DNA of 64,000 nt, from contig BROI01000009.1 of NCBI GenBank assembly GCA_027923505.1, positions 992,001 through 1,056,000 on the forward strand, given 5' to 3'. The position numbers were made by a program, and so were the translations under genes. The DNA is from Mayamaea pseudoterrestris. Taxonomy: Eukaryota. Shown piece by piece: positions 11,209 through 20,242 of this stretch (position 1 is its first letter; each line of letters starts with the position of its first letter). The notes beneath the pieces were generated by a model, which saw only the letters and a list, made by a program, of their open reading frames with translations, did no database searches and had not been told where the DNA came from.

Positions 11209-12445
11209 ATGATGGACGACATGAATGTCGTAAGCAGTCAGATATTAGGAAAACCTATCAAAATGGCTACTCGTCCATGCAGGAAACAGCGAAGTAGGCG
11301 CTCATTTAACGTCATGATGACGATGGCAGCATTCTTCCTTGTTTTGCTTATCGTGCCTGGAAGCTGCAGCGCTACAACGACGAGCAGTCAAACGACTCGA
11401 TTGAAGCCGTTTCCAAAATCATCTTTATTGCATGACATACGAGGCGGCTCGACGAGACCGGCTTATGCTCTTGCCAAGAAACTTTATTCGCAGTCCACGT
11501 CACAACCACTGCACCAACATCACGACGACCGATTAGCGACCAAGGAAGCCATGGATGCCTTTTTGACGAGAGATTCGAGACAATCATTTATTGGTACGCT
11601 TTAGAATGCACGTGGCTGATACCGTCATGGTGATGATCGAGTCGCTGCTTTTACTCTCGTGACTCCTTCTTTTCTCACCCCATCGTAACGTCCTTCTCAT
11701 TATTTGCACAGCCCGCGTCTACGCTATTCTATCGGCGCAACTACTATTTACAGCTGGTGCCATTGGTCTCTTTGCCAAGTACCCGCAGATCGCCATGAGC
11801 ATGGTTTCGTCCAGGAGCAATCCAATCACCACGGCTGTTCCCATGATCTCACTGGCAGTTTCAACAATTTGCTGGATCACCATTTGCATGAGTCCAAACG
11901 CGCGACGATCCAGTCCAATGAAGTGGCAATTGCTTTCGCTCTTTACATTGGGTGAAGCCATTGGTGTTGGATTCATTAGTTCCTTTTACAAGCCAGCGTC
12001 TGTTTGTTTGGCCATGCTGGCAACGGCAACGGCGGTTGGAGGTATTTCGGCGTATACGATTCGAAACAAAGATTCCAAGTATGATTTGAGTACATGGGGT
12101 GCCAGCCTATCGAGTGCAGGATTGCTCTTTTGCGTCTATGGAATGCTGACATTGCTGCAGTCGATCGGATGGTTGCCGGCTGGGTTTCTTCCCTATCATG
12201 AAACGTTGTACAGCTTTCTTGGCGCTACCCTCTTTAGCGGCTACTTGGCGTATCATACACGACTCATTGTCAGCGGCAAGCATACCAAGTATCAAATGAA
12301 TGAAAAGGACTATGTATTTGGCGCTATGAGTTTGTACAATGACATTATCAGCATGTTTATTTACATTCTGCGACTGATTGGAGAGGATCGCGATGGTGGC
12401 GGCAATGTTGGAGGAGCGTCGGGTGGAAGTAGACGGAGGCGATAA
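11209..12445 (+). CDS. Bax inhibitor-1 / TMBIM (LFG/GAAP-like) membrane protein, intron 11594..11711
   Basis: Splicing restores RQSFIARVYAILSAQLL. C-terminus has YLAYHTRLIV...DYVFGAMSLYNDIISMFIYILRL. Start uncertain (11209 or 11314). Confidence 0.9.
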
Positions 12446-12581
12446 CATTTACAGTAATCTACTTCTGTCTTTTTTATAGTCTTTGGATCAGATGAAATTT
12501 GTTGCCATGCAAGAATGGCACGCCGTTTGAACTCACTTCGATCGCCTCGTCCATCGCCACCATCATGCATATATACCGTAT

Positions 12582-13316
12582 TTACCAATTGTATGACCAG
12601 GCGCTTGTCTGCTGTTGCGGCGAATCGGAAAAACTTCCTCCTGATCCTCCTCCTCCTGTTCCACTTCCGGCATCCCGATATGAGGTGGTTAATGCATTCG
12701 TTGAAATTAATCCTCCTCCCAATTGCTGCGCCACCTTGGCCGTATTGCGACTGCTACTAGCTCCATCAGCTGCACCTCCACTTAGCAACGGTGGAACCAA
12801 GCTTTCGGAATGCTTGGCATCTTGATCCTTGGTGGCCTGCAGCACGGCATGAATGTTTGTTTCCAGCACCATGCCGCCCATGACAATTTCATCCAAAATG
12901 TAATGAACGCGGTCCGAGTGAAAGATCAAATCCAATTCGCAGACATTTCCGAATGCCTTGTCAAGTGCTTCGACAAAGACTTGAATCAAATCTAGAATTC
13001 CCAAGTCGGATTCCTGACGATCGACGCAGACGCAAAAGTAGAGTGTCGCGTAGTGACGATAGATGAGCTTGGAGGAGTCGTCGTAGGAATTCGAGGAATC
13101 ATTATCATTGTCGTCATCATTAGGATTCCCTCCTCCTCCCCATTCCGGACAAACCATGGTTTCACAGTAGTTGCAAAAGGCGTCGGGTCGACTGGTAACT
13201 TGATTGAAGATGCGCCGAATCACCGACTGCTGCACGGCTTCCGACTCGACGGGACGATAAAATTTCACCAAGCGAGGCTTGCCATGATTATTCACTATAA
13301 TGATTCCTTTAATCAT
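12582..13316 (-). CDS. AP3S: AP-3 adaptor complex sigma subunit
   Basis: MIKGIIIVNNHGKPRLVKFY, LIYRHYATLYF, ESDLGILDLIQVFVEALDKAFGNVCELDLIFH, EIVMGGMVLETN. Confidence 0.93.
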   Translation of the reverse strand: MIKGIIIVNNHGKPRLVKFYRPVESEAVQQSVIRRIFNQVTSRPDAFCNYCETMVCPEWGGGGNPNDDDNDNDSSNSYDDSSKLIYRHYATLYFCVCVDRQESDLGILDLIQVFVEALDKAFGNVCELDLIFHSDRVHYILDEIVMGGMVLETNIHAVLQATKDQDAKHSESLVPPLLSGGAADGASSSRNTAKVAQQLGGGLISTNALTTSYRDAGSGTGGGGSGGSFSDSPQQQTSAWSYNW

Positions 13317-13398
13317 GCTATCAGTAAGAGACAAAAGAGTGTGAAGGGATGAGACGGGAGGCGAGGAATGTCCTCATGGTGAACGGGCAGCCTCATTC

Positions 13399-13639
13399 TG
13401 ATAGAAACTAGGTTTCCGGAGAGTGTGACCCGCTGCAACTGACGCAACGGTACTGGCCGAGTACACTGAAGGCGATACTAACTAGTCGACGGAGACGAGT
13501 TTAGTATAGCGGTAACTCAACTAGAAATACGGGACGGAGGACCACTTGTTGTTCGAAAGGACTCAAATTGTTGCTATCTTCTGTCCTGGGCGCTAACGGG
13601 CCATTACAGTCTATAGGATAGAGTAGCAGCTATTTATCA
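13399..13639 (+). repeat. 5' LTR of Copia element 1
   Basis: 241 bp, identical by eye to 19227..19467. Confidence 0.96.
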
Positions 13640-13652
13640 GCTTATGAGACGT
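13640..13652 (+). promoter_or_regulatory. Putative primer-binding site complementary to a tRNA-Met anticodon arm
   Basis: GCTTATGAGACG directly follows the LTR. Its reverse complement CGT-CTCATAA-GC is an anticodon loop with CAT. Confidence 0.65.
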
Positions 13653-13692
13653 AGTCTGTATCACTGTCACAAACGAAACCAGAAAGATAAAC

Positions 13693-16600
13693 ATGGAGGC
13701 AATCGTCATCGCTTTGGCTGGTCTGACGGACGAGTACGTTGCTGCTTTGGCAGCAGGTGGAATCATCTCTAAAGACGATCTTGGCATTGTATCTCGCCTC
13801 GACATTACGGAGGCTTTACCCCAAGCTCCTGTGATGGTTCGGCGCAAGCTTGAGCTCATTGGCGATTACGTTTTCAGGGGACAAGAGCTAACGGTGGAGA
13901 CGACGATTCCTTCCATTCGCGAATACCTGTCGAATCAAGGCAATCCTCAGCAACCAGCTGGAGCGCCTGCGGCTGCTGCAGTTGCTGCTGCACCGAAGAA
14001 CAATCTTAGGATTACGGTGAATCCTTTGGATCCGTTTTCGGGAGCCATTATGGATTGGGAGCGCTGGGAGATCAAAGCGAGGGACACGATCAATCAATCG
14101 CTGTACTCGACGCTGTTGACGACAGAGCCGTCTGGCAATGCGAACGCACAGACGGCAAGCAGAGAGTTTTACTCGATGTTATCGCGAGCCGTCGCCGATG
14201 GTGATGCGTATCACATTGTCGAGGGTGTTGAAAATCAAGACGGTTTCATCGCTTGGAAAAAGTTAGTCGACTGGTACACGTCGCCAGTAACGGGACGTTC
14301 ACTCGTTCAGTTTCATCGCAAGAAATTGCAGGATGCTCGATTGGACGAGGACTGTACGGCTAGCAGCTACATTAATACCTTCATGACAAGTTCTCGCAAG
14401 CTCGACTCGCTCAACGCTGGTTTGACGGACTCGATCAAGTTGCAAGACTTTTTAGAAGGCATTGTGGACGAAGACTACGACGTCGTCGTTCAAGGAATGA
14501 AGCGCCAAGTTGGTTTAACCTTTGATGATGCTGTTAAAGCTATCAGAGGGCGCGAGCAAGATCTTGTAGACAAAGCGAACGCTACAGGAACACACACTCC
14601 TTCGACCAAGGCTCGCCGCGCTCCTGGGGGCGCGAATAACAATGGATCGAGGAACACTATTCCATTCATTCCGAATTTCCTATTGAACACCATTAAACAA
14701 GATCATATTCGCAAGAATCTGTTGAAGTGGCGCGCTATTCGAAATGACGAAGGAAGAGAAATTCGTCCTGACAAGTTGATCCCTGATCCAGATGCCGGCG
14801 GCCATCAAGGCGGCGACAACAATGATAGGGCTACTCAAGGATCCAACAAGAGCCACACCGCTACCCCAAAGAGTGCTCGCAAGAGCGGAAAGCGTGGTTT
14901 AAAGAGTCGTCGAGTGGCGACGGTCAGTGCGCCGTCCGTCAAGGCGCGACAAACCAAAACGAAGCTTACCGGCCTTGGAGACTCTGCTTTGAAGGTGTTC
15001 CTCAAGGATGAGGACGAACACGCCGAAGACTCGTGTAGCGATGATGAAGATGATGGTGTTAATGAACAGGCCGATCAGAATGAGTCTTCCGTTAGCAAGT
15101 CCTTGCGTAGGAGGAAGAAGGCAACGAAGAAGCTTGCGACGAAGACTCGCCGCAACCCAAGGAGTCGTCGAGGACGCTCGGCGGACAGACCCCGGGCAAT
15201 CATCGATCCAGGGTCGGAAATTAACATCATTGGTGGCGTTGGATGGGAGGTTATTGCTGCGGTTAACATGTCTGCCAGAGTCGATGGCGCATTGACAGGA
15301 ATGGAAGGCAAGCGGCTGCCAATCGTGTGTGCGGTGACCGTTTATGAGCACCCCAGCAAAGGACCTATTCTTCTTGGTGTTGGAAGCGCCGTGTGGGACG
15401 AGTCGCCTGCTCAAACTGAGTCTCTATTCAACTCGCACATGCTACGCGAGGCAGGTGTTACGGTTGAAGACAAGGCTGAGCGCGACGGCGGAGCGTCACT
15501 CATTGAGGTAGAAGGAACGACTATTAAACTCGATTTCGTCGACGAAAAGACTCTTTCCTTCTACATACGCAGGCCAACACAGAAGGAGCTAACAGAGTTA
15601 AACGTACTGTGGCTCATACCGCGAAAGTTCGGGTTGGAATCCGGACACAAGTTTACACCATCGAGGCGAGCGCCTGCAGAATCAATCCCAGAGAAGGCCG
15701 ACTGGCGAATCAGATTAGGAAACTGTCCTGAGTTCGTTGCTGCCAAGACTTTGGAGGCGACTACGCAGTTGTGCGAAGCTCCCGTCGAGATGGAGAATAG
15801 AGAGAGTCCCCGACAGCATCGTAAACAACGCTTGCTTGCTTTGCATCCAAGGCGTGTTGAAGGACGCACGGATTCGGATACTTTCTTCTCTACAGTAAAA
15901 TCCATTCGAGGTTACATGTGTGTCCAAATCTTTGTCGCTGTGACAAGCAAGTTTCTGTTTGCGCGTTGCATGCGCAAGGAATCTGAATCGCATGGCGCCT
16001 ATCAGGATTTTATAAGGTACATTGGCGCTCCTAACGTTCTTATCACTGATAATGCTCAAACGCAGATTGGAAAGAAGTGGACAGCGACCAGTCGCAACCT
16101 TGCGGTTCGACAAAAGAATACGGTACCTCACAACCAGCAGCAGAATCAAGCTGAAGGAGCAGTCCATCTTGTCAAGAAGCGAGTCATACTTGTACTGCGC
16201 GCGGCACAAGCTCCTCTTGTATTCTGGTGCTACTGTTTGCTCTTTGTTATCGACTGCCTCAATTTCACGGCGCGCAAAGAACTCGAATGGCGCACGCCAC
16301 ACGAAAGGATGTATGGGATGACTCCCGATATATCAGTCTTTCGCTTCAGTTTCTGGCAACCAGTCTGGTACTATGAACCGACTGCAAGCTTTCCTCACAA
16401 GAACTTTCTTCCAGGACGTTTTGTAGGGATTGCTTGGGATCACGGCGACGCGTTTACGTATCGCATCTGGACGACCCCGGAAGGCGTCTGGGAGAAGGGG
16501 CGCGAGCTCATTCGAAACGTGGTCCAACCACGCCGCGACAATGAGGAAGTTTGTAGTTTAATTGATATAAAAGAAACTGATCTTTTACTCGAACGACAGC

Positions 16601-19137
16601 TTGATGGAGGAGGGTCTGCTAGGAGCAGAAAACGTCGACGCCAAAACCGTCGCAAACGGTCGCGGACCGACACCAACGCTCAGCGTGATCGCTCCGGTTC
16701 TGACAGTGACTCGAGCGTGGAATCAATTGACGACGACCATGGAGATAATGAAGACTGCGTTGCAAGTGCTCCTCAGTTTCGACGGGGCGTCGTTCCAGAG
16801 GAGCAGGGGGCAGCGGACGCAGCTACTACAGGCAATCAGAACAAGCGAGTAAGGTTCGAGTCAGCGGAAGACCATTTGGATTCAACAGAAGCCTCGGATA
16901 GACTCGGCAGCCACCGCAACGTGGAGGTCGAGACGGTCAACGAGTCGGACGAAGAGGAAGACGAGGAGAACCGAACGCCAAGCACTGCTAACAATGGGAG
17001 CCGGTCTCGAGAGGAGCTTTTGCCAGGCTTCAATCCATTGGAGAACGATGGAATCGAGATGGCGGAGGAAGTTAACAACGCGTATTCCTCCACGCTCGAG
17101 AACGAACCATCCATTGGCGGCGCACAGGTTCGAGCGATCCTTGGTCATGAATGGACTGAAGGGCGACTGCGACTGCAAGTCGTTTGGAATACAGAGCAGA
17201 AATCCTGGGAAGAGCTTCGTGACATGAAGGAAGATTATCCAAGGATGACGGCTCAGTACATCCTCGACAAGAACGTAACTCGAGCCAGAGCAACCGATCG
17301 AACGCTTTCATGGGCTACAAAGGTTATTAGAGACTTGAATCGAGCCGTGAGGCGAGTGACGAGACTATATGACTTTCATCTGGACGACAACGACGAAGTT
17401 TACGCTGTTCGACGGACTCAGAATCGAAAGAAGAAGAAGACGTACACGGCTAAACCAGAGTTTAAGTACGGCGTTCAAGTACCCAAGAACGTTCGAGAGG
17501 CTATTCGATTGGATGAAGCTAACGGCGATACGCATTGGCAAGACGCTATCAAGGCCGAGGTTGGATCGTTGACGGAGCTTGAGTGCTTCGATTTCAAGGG
17601 CGCCGGTTTCGTACCCGACTCTTGCTATCAGAAGACTACGCTCATGATGATCTTTACTGTCAAACAAGATATGCGGCGCAAGGCAAGGCTTGTTGCTGGA
17701 GGCCATTTGATTGATGCTTTGGATCATAACGTATACTCGTCGACGGTAAAAGGCATCAGCGTGAAGCTTCTCCACGTCATCGCTCACAAAGCGAATCTTC
17801 GACAAGTTTGCGGCGACGTTGCTAATGCTTACGTGAACGCTTTCACTAACGAAAAGGTATACGCTATCGCAGGACCAGAGTTTGGACCAGAGCTTGAAGG
17901 CAAGGTGGTCATTATCGTTAAGGCTCTTTACGGGCTATCGTCTTCGGGCGAACGATGGCACGCGCACTTTGCCGATACGCTCAGAGGCCTTGGCTTTGTT
18001 CCTACTGGATATGATAAGGATGTTTGGATCCGTCTTGCGGAAGACGGCAGCCATTATGAATACGTTTGCACTCACGTCGACGATTTCATGTTGGTCGGCA
18101 AGAATCCAGAGGCAATTATGGAGGCCATTCAACTCGTCTATTCAGTCAAATCCATCGGTCCTCCCGATTACTACTTGGGTAATGATTATAAGAAGGATCG
18201 GAAGGGACAATGGTGCATCGGTTGCAAGAAGTACTTGACGGAAGCAATCAAACGGGTCGAGCGCATGTTTGGAATGCTCAAGAAGTATACAAATCCAACT
18301 GAAACAGGCGACCACCCCGAAATTGATACGAGTACAATGCTTAATGATGATGAGCATCGAAAGTATCAAATGTTGATTGGAATGCTCGTTTGGATCGTTA
18401 CGATTGGACGAATTGATGTCGCTCACGCCACGTCCTCCCTCTCGAGATTTACTGCAGCTCCAAGGGACGGTCATCTCAAGCGAGTGCTGCGAGTATTTGG
18501 GTATCTAAAGAAGCGAGCGAATCGTAGGATCGTCGTTGATTCAAGAGACCCAGTTTATTCAGGCGCTGAAGACTCGCGAGCGATGGATCTTACCAAGGAG
18601 CTATCCGAGCAATACGCTAACGCGTTCGAGGAGATTGACGCGAGCCTTCCGCCAGCTCTTATAGACGAGATGCTCATTACAGTCTTTGTTGATTCTGATC
18701 ATGCACACGATCAGTTAACAAGACGGTCCATAACGGGGATGCTGATTGTCGTCGGGCGGACGCCAGTCATGTATATGAGCAAGCGTCAAGGGGCAATAGA
18801 GACGTCCACATACGGAGCTGAATTCTGTGCGATGAAGACAGCTGTAGAGGAGCTCATTGCTGTACGTTATATGCTTCGATGCCTCGGCGTCAAGGTGTCG
18901 ACGGCCAGTTTCATTTGTGGTGACAATATGGGCGTTATTCAGAACGCGACCTTGAGCAGCAGCGTCTTGAAGAAGAAGCATGTTGCTATTGCTTACCATA
19001 AAACGCGAGAAGCGTCAGCGGCAGGGATCTGCCACCCTATCAAGATTGATGGATTGGACAACTTTGCAGACTGCCTCACGAAGGGGCAAACGCAGAAGGC
19101 GTTCAGTAAGTGTGTCGGCGGATTCATGCATGGCTAA
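13693..19137 (+). CDS. Copia gag-pol polyprotein, 1814 aa
   Basis: Protease AIIDPGS, integrase DTFFS...TDNA...QNQAE, chromo-like segment, RT KARLVAGG/KALYGL/HVDD, RNase H FVDSDHA/STYGAEF/NFADCLTK. Confidence 0.97.
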   Translation: MEAIVIALAGLTDEYVAALAAGGIISKDDLGIVSRLDITEALPQAPVMVRRKLELIGDYVFRGQELTVETTIPSIREYLSNQGNPQQPAGAPAAAAVAAAPKNNLRITVNPLDPFSGAIMDWERWEIKARDTINQSLYSTLLTTEPSGNANAQTASREFYSMLSRAVADGDAYHIVEGVENQDGFIAWKKLVDWYTSPVTGRSLVQFHRKKLQDARLDEDCTASSYINTFMTSSRKLDSLNAGLTDSIKLQDFLEGIVDEDYDVVVQGMKRQVGLTFDDAVKAIRGREQDLVDKANATGTHTPSTKARRAPGGANNNGSRNTIPFIPNFLLNTIKQDHIRKNLLKWRAIRNDEGREIRPDKLIPDPDAGGHQGGDNNDRATQGSNKSHTATPKSARKSGKRGLKSRRVATVSAPSVKARQTKTKLTGLGDSALKVFLKDEDEHAEDSCSDDEDDGVNEQADQNESSVSKSLRRRKKATKKLATKTRRNPRSRRGRSADRPRAIIDPGSEINIIGGVGWEVIAAVNMSARVDGALTGMEGKRLPIVCAVTVYEHPSKGPILLGVGSAVWDESPAQTESLFNSHMLREAGVTVEDKAERDGGASLIEVEGTTIKLDFVDEKTLSFYIRRPTQKELTELNVLWLIPRKFGLESGHKFTPSRRAPAESIPEKADWRIRLGNCPEFVAAKTLEATTQLCEAPVEMENRESPRQHRKQRLLALHPRRVEGRTDSDTFFSTVKSIRGYMCVQIFVAVTSKFLFARCMRKESESHGAYQDFIRYIGAPNVLITDNAQTQIGKKWTATSRNLAVRQKNTVPHNQQQNQAEGAVHLVKKRVILVLRAAQAPLVFWCYCLLFVIDCLNFTARKELEWRTPHERMYGMTPDISVFRFSFWQPVWYYEPTASFPHKNFLPGRFVGIAWDHGDAFTYRIWTTPEGVWEKGRELIRNVVQPRRDNEEVCSLIDIKETDLLLERQLDGGGSARSRKRRRQNRRKRSRTDTNAQRDRSGSDSDSSVESIDDDHGDNEDCVASAPQFRRGVVPEEQGAADAATTGNQNKRVRFESAEDHLDSTEASDRLGSHRNVEVETVNESDEEEDEENRTPSTANNGSRSREELLPGFNPLENDGIEMAEEVNNAYSSTLENEPSIGGAQVRAILGHEWTEGRLRLQVVWNTEQKSWEELRDMKEDYPRMTAQYILDKNVTRARATDRTLSWATKVIRDLNRAVRRVTRLYDFHLDDNDEVYAVRRTQNRKKKKTYTAKPEFKYGVQVPKNVREAIRLDEANGDTHWQDAIKAEVGSLTELECFDFKGAGFVPDSCYQKTTLMMIFTVKQDMRRKARLVAGGHLIDALDHNVYSSTVKGISVKLLHVIAHKANLRQVCGDVANAYVNAFTNEKVYAIAGPEFGPELEGKVVIIVKALYGLSSSGERWHAHFADTLRGLGFVPTGYDKDVWIRLAEDGSHYEYVCTHVDDFMLVGKNPEAIMEAIQLVYSVKSIGPPDYYLGNDYKKDRKGQWCIGCKKYLTEAIKRVERMFGMLKKYTNPTETGDHPEIDTSTMLNDDEHRKYQMLIGMLVWIVTIGRIDVAHATSSLSRFTAAPRDGHLKRVLRVFGYLKKRANRRIVVDSRDPVYSGAEDSRAMDLTKELSEQYANAFEEIDASLPPALIDEMLITVFVDSDHAHDQLTRRSITGMLIVVGRTPVMYMSKRQGAIETSTYGAEFCAMKTAVEELIAVRYMLRCLGVKVSTASFICGDNMGVIQNATLSSSVLKKKHVAIAYHKTREASAAGICHPIKIDGLDNFADCLTKGQTQKAFSKCVGGFMHG

Positions 19138-19226
19138 GGCGAGTTTGCAGAGGAGCGCTGCTTTAGTAATCTATTAGTATATTGGTCTGTTGAAGAGAGC
19201 AGGGTTCTCCAGCGTCTCAAGAGGAG

Positions 19227-19467
19227 TGATAGAAACTAGGTTTCCGGAGAGTGTGACCCGCTGCAACTGACGCAACGGTACTGGCCGAGTACACTGAAGG
19301 CGATACTAACTAGTCGACGGAGACGAGTTTAGTATAGCGGTAACTCAACTAGAAATACGGGACGGAGGACCACTTGTTGTTCGAAAGGACTCAAATTGTT
19401 GCTATCTTCTGTCCTGGGCGCTAACGGGCCATTACAGTCTATAGGATAGAGTAGCAGCTATTTATCA
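19227..19467 (+). repeat. 3' LTR of Copia element 1
   Basis: Identical to 13399..13639. Confidence 0.96.
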
Positions 19468-19584
19468 ATTCTTCGCATCGCACTGGTTACGAGAATCTTC
19501 CAATCCGCTGCGATTGGCTAAGAATACGTCGCACCGCTTACCTTTTACGTCTTAGCGGTAATGGCGAGCGTCGTCATTTCGGTC

Positions 19585-19686
19585 GATTCCTTTGATCATG
19601 CTGTCTCTAAGAGACAAAGGGTGACGGAAGGAGACTGGAGGCGAGGTATTTTCTCATGGTGATGGCAGTTGTATTGCACTGGTTAT
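19585..19686. repeat. Diverged duplicate of the AP-3 sigma start codon and upstream region
   Basis: gattcctttgatcatgct...taagagacaaa...ggaggcgagg...ctcatggtga...gcactggtta aligns with 13302-13398 plus 19472-19489, i.e. across the TE insertion site. Confidence 0.8.
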
Positions 19687-19700
19687 CTAGATTCGGGAAT

Positions 19701-20030
19701 GGGAGACAAACTGGGAGCCACAGAGGGCACAAGCTTGGTGCTGTACTGGGAAGAGACTGGGCCCTGCACTAGGTGACGCACTGGGATTGGCGCTTGGGTC
19801 ACTTGATGGCACACTTGATTGTGAGCTGCCAGTATGTTGAGTGCTGGGAGACAAACGGGGGGCCACCAAGTGGGACAAGCATGGTGCTACAATGGAAAGG
19901 AGACTGGGTCCTGCGCTAGGTGACACACTGGGATTGCCACTTGGGTCATGTGATGGCGTACTTAATTGCAAAATGTTTGGTAGAGTGCTGGATACAGACT
20001 GGAAGCCACACAGGATGACAAGCTTGGTGA
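19701..20030 (-). pseudogene. Degenerate PSxxPS-repeat coding relic, about 2.3 copies of ~144 bp
   Basis: Minus strand reads PSHDPSGNPSVSPSAGPS and PSSDPSANPSASPSAGPS. Copies start at 19701 and 19846. CpG-poor and frame-disrupted. Confidence 0.55.
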
Positions 20031-20242
20031 CACCTCACCATACTTCATGCCTTTTAAAGTAGGCTCAAAGTACCCCTTGAGCTGCCTAATTCACAGTGAG
20101 TTTTTTCATACTTACAAGCTTGCTTGTAGGCAAATATGCAAAAATGCTTAAGCATGTCTGCATGTCCATGACCAGTGAGTGTGTAGCACCAGTCATTCTA
20201 CACCTGGATGCTCATCATGTGTGTCTCATTTATGTGTAAGTA

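Larger units (their letters stand above)
13399..19467 (+). mobile_element. Intact Ty1/Copia (CoDi-like) LTR retrotransposon, 6069 bp
   Basis: Identical 241-bp LTRs with TGATA...TATCA ends. ATTC flanks both sides. Single gag-pol ORF in Copia order PR-IN-RT-RH. Purine run AAGAGGAG precedes the 3' LTR. Confidence 0.97.
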
